Assembly: GCF_035594765.1 (NCBI RefSeq)
Contig: NC_085843.1
Location: 268,933,971-268,997,970, forward strand
DNA from: Anolis carolinensis
Lineage: Eukaryota
Reading direction: 5' to 3'
Length of the DNA stretch: 64,000 nucleotides
The notes beneath the pieces are model-generated. The model was not told the DNA's origin, made no database searches, and was given only the letters and a program-made list of their open reading frames with translations. The position numbers and the translations under genes were made by a program. Shown here in pieces: positions 61,580 to 64,000 of the stretch. Each line of letters begins with the position of its first letter. Position 1 is the first letter of the stretch.

Positions 61580-61718
61580 TCCATGCCTCACAACCTCTGA
61601 GGATGCCTGCCATAGATGTGGGTGAAACGACAGGAGAGAATACTTCTGGAACATGGCCACACAGCCCGAAAGACATACAACAACCCTGTGATCCCGGCCA
61701 TGAAAGCCTTCGACAACA
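61580..61718 (+). mobile_element. Penelope-like 3' fragment (no inversion)
   Basis: Matches 47312-47450; 12-bp TSD AATCAAAGGAGA (61568-61579 / 61719-61730). Confidence 0.9.
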
Positions 61719-62548
61719 AATCAAAGGAGAATCTCAATGAACTGGGTGGGAGGAGGGAGACTGTGGAAGCCATTGGGAAAGAAAGAAGTCATAGATCTCT
61801 CAGATAGATTTCTGTCTGTGCAGATCGTTATTTCCCAGAGGTGAGAAGCACCATTGAAATCCTCCTCCCTGCCCTTTCCACTGGCAGTGTATTATTACCA
61901 GCTCCTCTCACAAACATCCCAGGCAGTGCTTATGAAACGATCAAAGCCGATCTCACCTTCCTCTTGTCATGATAATAACAACAATAACAATACAAATAAA
62001 ACCAGCTGAAAGAGAGCTGGTAAGGCTGATCTATGAATTGGGCAGAATAAAACCCTCTGCTAAGGATCTACATGTTAGCCTGAGGCCCATTTCCCTGAGG
62101 CTATTAAGTGGATCCCTAGCAAAGTGGTTTTATTCTCAACCCAAAGCAGGAGCTACCCAGTCCATGAGCCCTCAGCATTCCTTTGGTAAAATGTTACAAT
62201 GAAAACAGTCTGCTTCGCAATTTCATACCAAGACAGTGAAGATAGTGAATGTGTGAAATAGCTGAAACAGTTAGGAAATATATTGCACACATAAATCCTG
62301 TTTATTACTATGGAGGAGGAGGAGAGGGAAAGGGGGAAAAACCCAACTGTTGGACGAGTATGTTCTATAACAGTCATGGGCAAATGTCGGCCCTCCAGGT
62401 GTTTTGGACTACAACTCCCATAATTCCTAACTGCCTACCGGCAGTTAGGAATTATGGGAGTTGAAGTCCAAAACACCTGGAGGGCTGAAGTTTGCCCATT
62501 GCTGTTCTATACTGCGAAGAAAAGCCATTGTGGGTTGACTGTTGGACT

Positions 62549-62817
62549 TTTTTTCTCTTTGTGTCAGGAGCAACTTGAGTTGCTTCTGGAGTGAGAGAAT
62601 TGGCCATCTGCAAGGACGTTGCCCAGGGAACGCCCGGATGTTTGATGTTTTTACCATCCTTGTGGGAGGCTTCTCTCATGTCCCCGCATGGAGCTGGAGC
62701 TGATAGAGGGAGCTCATCCGTGCTCTCCCCGGGTAGGATTCGAACCTGGCAGCCTTCAGGTCAGCAATCCAACTTTCAAGTCACAAGGCTTTTATCCCCT
62801 AGGCCACCGGAGGCTCT
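62549..62817 (-). mobile_element. Same SINE family
   Basis: Similarity to 27299-27587; 11-bp TSD ACTGTTGGACT (62538-62548 / 62818-62828). Confidence 0.82.
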
Positions 62818-62880
62818 ACTGTTGGACTATGATCTGGGGACTGGAGTTCAAATCCCAGCTCTGCCACAAAACCCAAAAGA

Positions 62881-63133
62881 TTTTTTTTCGTGTCAGGAGC
62901 AACTTGAGTCGCTTCTGGAACGAGAGAATTGGCCGTCTGCAAGGACGTTGCCCAGGGGACGCCCAGATGTTTTGATGTTTTTACCATCCTTGTGGGAGGC
63001 TTCTGTCATGTCCCTGCATGGAGCTGGAGCTGATAGAGGGAGCTCATCCATGCTCTCCCCAGGTGGGATTCAAACCTGGCAGCTTTCAGGTCAGCAATCC
63101 AACCTTCAGTCACTTAGTCCACTACGCCATCTG
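62881..63133 (-). mobile_element. Same SINE family, second adjacent copy nested in an older SINE (62818-63242)
   Basis: Closely similar to 62549-62817; the flanks join into an older tRNA-derived SINE. Confidence 0.8.
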
Positions 63134-63449
63134 GTGCAAGTCACACTTTCTCAGCCTTAGAGAGAGGCTGAACTAATAGTATTGCCAAGAAAACCCCATG
63201 ATACATTTGCCTTAGGGTTGCCGTAAGTTAGAAAATGACTTAGTTTGGGATTGCCCTCTTTATCCATTCTATTTTTATAGTATTTTTACTCCTTAGCCAT
63301 ATATAGTCTTAGGTGTATGCCTCCTCCAGCACTTTAATGGGATAATAGTCCCTGGTACCTACCTCTTTCCTAATCTGTACTTTACAAAACTATTTGCACT
63401 TTTCTGGCCCACTACCCCTTTTAGGAGCCAACCCAGGTTTTTATCAAAG

Positions 63450-63569
63450 TGTGTTTATTGGTATATGTGATTTTATTTGTTTATGGTTTGTTTTTATTGT
63501 TCAGTTTTATATTGCTTATTGCCTGGGCTTGGCCCCATGTAAGCCGCCCTGAGTCCCCTTGGGGAGATG
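63450..63569 (+). mobile_element. L2 3'-end fragment abutting the gap
   Basis: GGCCCCATGTAAGCCGCCCTGAGTCCCC matches the reverse complement of the L2 3'UTR at 47920-47960. Confidence 0.75.
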
Positions 63570-63700
63570 NNNNNNNNNNNNNNNNNNNNNNNNNNNNNNN
63601 NNNNNNNNNNNNNNNNNNNNNNNNNNNNNNNNNNNNNNNNNNNNNNNNNNNNNNNNNNNNNNNNNNNNNNNNNNNNNNNNNNNNNNNNNNNNNNNNNNNN
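63570..63700. other. Assembly gap (131 N)
   Basis: N run, flanked by two converging LINE 3' ends. Confidence 1.
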
Positions 63701-64000
63701 TGCCCTTCTCACCTGAGGGGACTCAGGGCGGCTTACAAAAATTGGCAAAATTTAATGCCCAAATTGCAATAATAAAAACAAAACAATATAAACAGATCTG
63801 TTAATAACATTGTTAAAACACATTATAAAAACCTTAAAAACGTATATATAATTAATTCCATTCATCCGAGATCCTCATGCTTCATCCTTAAATATTGTGA
63901 AGCCCTTCTGCTAAAACCTATTATGAAACTGTGATGTAGGGGGTGTTTGTGGACCTTTGTCCCAATGAAACCCCTCCCAAATCCCCCGCAATACAAACTT

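Noticed and set aside
20962-61718. Hammerhead motifs at ~21046-21161, 34243-34283, 39939-39979, 40401-40441, 46097-46137 and 61594-61634, and apparent preferential loss of gene-sense ribozymes
   Set aside because: Their cores or palindromic GAAACGUC segments are mutated (e.g. AAAAC, GAAAUG, GAAACAUC, GAC). Many changes are CpG transitions and the numbers are too small to infer selection
35204-64000. SLC7A14 promoter / first exon or a neighbouring gene
   Set aside because: No CpG island or convincing exon found; the CpG-rich stretches are mostly explained by the LTR and L2

Overview
Vertebrate (squamate, most likely an Anolis-type lizard, inferred from its repeat families) genomic window dominated by one minus-strand gene, SLC7A14 (neuronal, lysosomal cationic amino-acid transporter-like protein). 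Seven coding exons (35014-34711, 17309-17073, 16080-15863, 9723-9577, 6338-6130, 5619-4742, 3692-3373) have GT-AG sites and compatible phases and join into 2313 nt (770 aa + stop). 1-3372 is probable 3'UTR/downstream sequence. 35204-64000 is probable intron 1, with no non-coding first exon or CpG-island promoter identified. The introns carry many repeats: Sauria SINEs, a Vingi-tailed SINE, a 5S-derived SINE, CR1, L2 and RTE-X-like LINE fragments, Tc1/mariner, hAT and Harbinger-like MITEs, a solo LTR and nine Penelope-like insertions. There are two assembly gaps. Most notable: (1) five copies of a degenerate fold-back element carrying back-to-back REST/RE1-like motifs, plus one near-canonical solo RE1; (2) minimal hammerhead ribozyme motifs in the Penelope-like copies; (3) a 26-codon uORF whose stop overlaps the SLC7A14 start (ATGA); (4) two local inverted duplications at transposon edges; (5) a 91-codon ORF starting at the edge of the solo LTR. 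All coordinates and alignments were read by eye and family names come from recall, not database searches.
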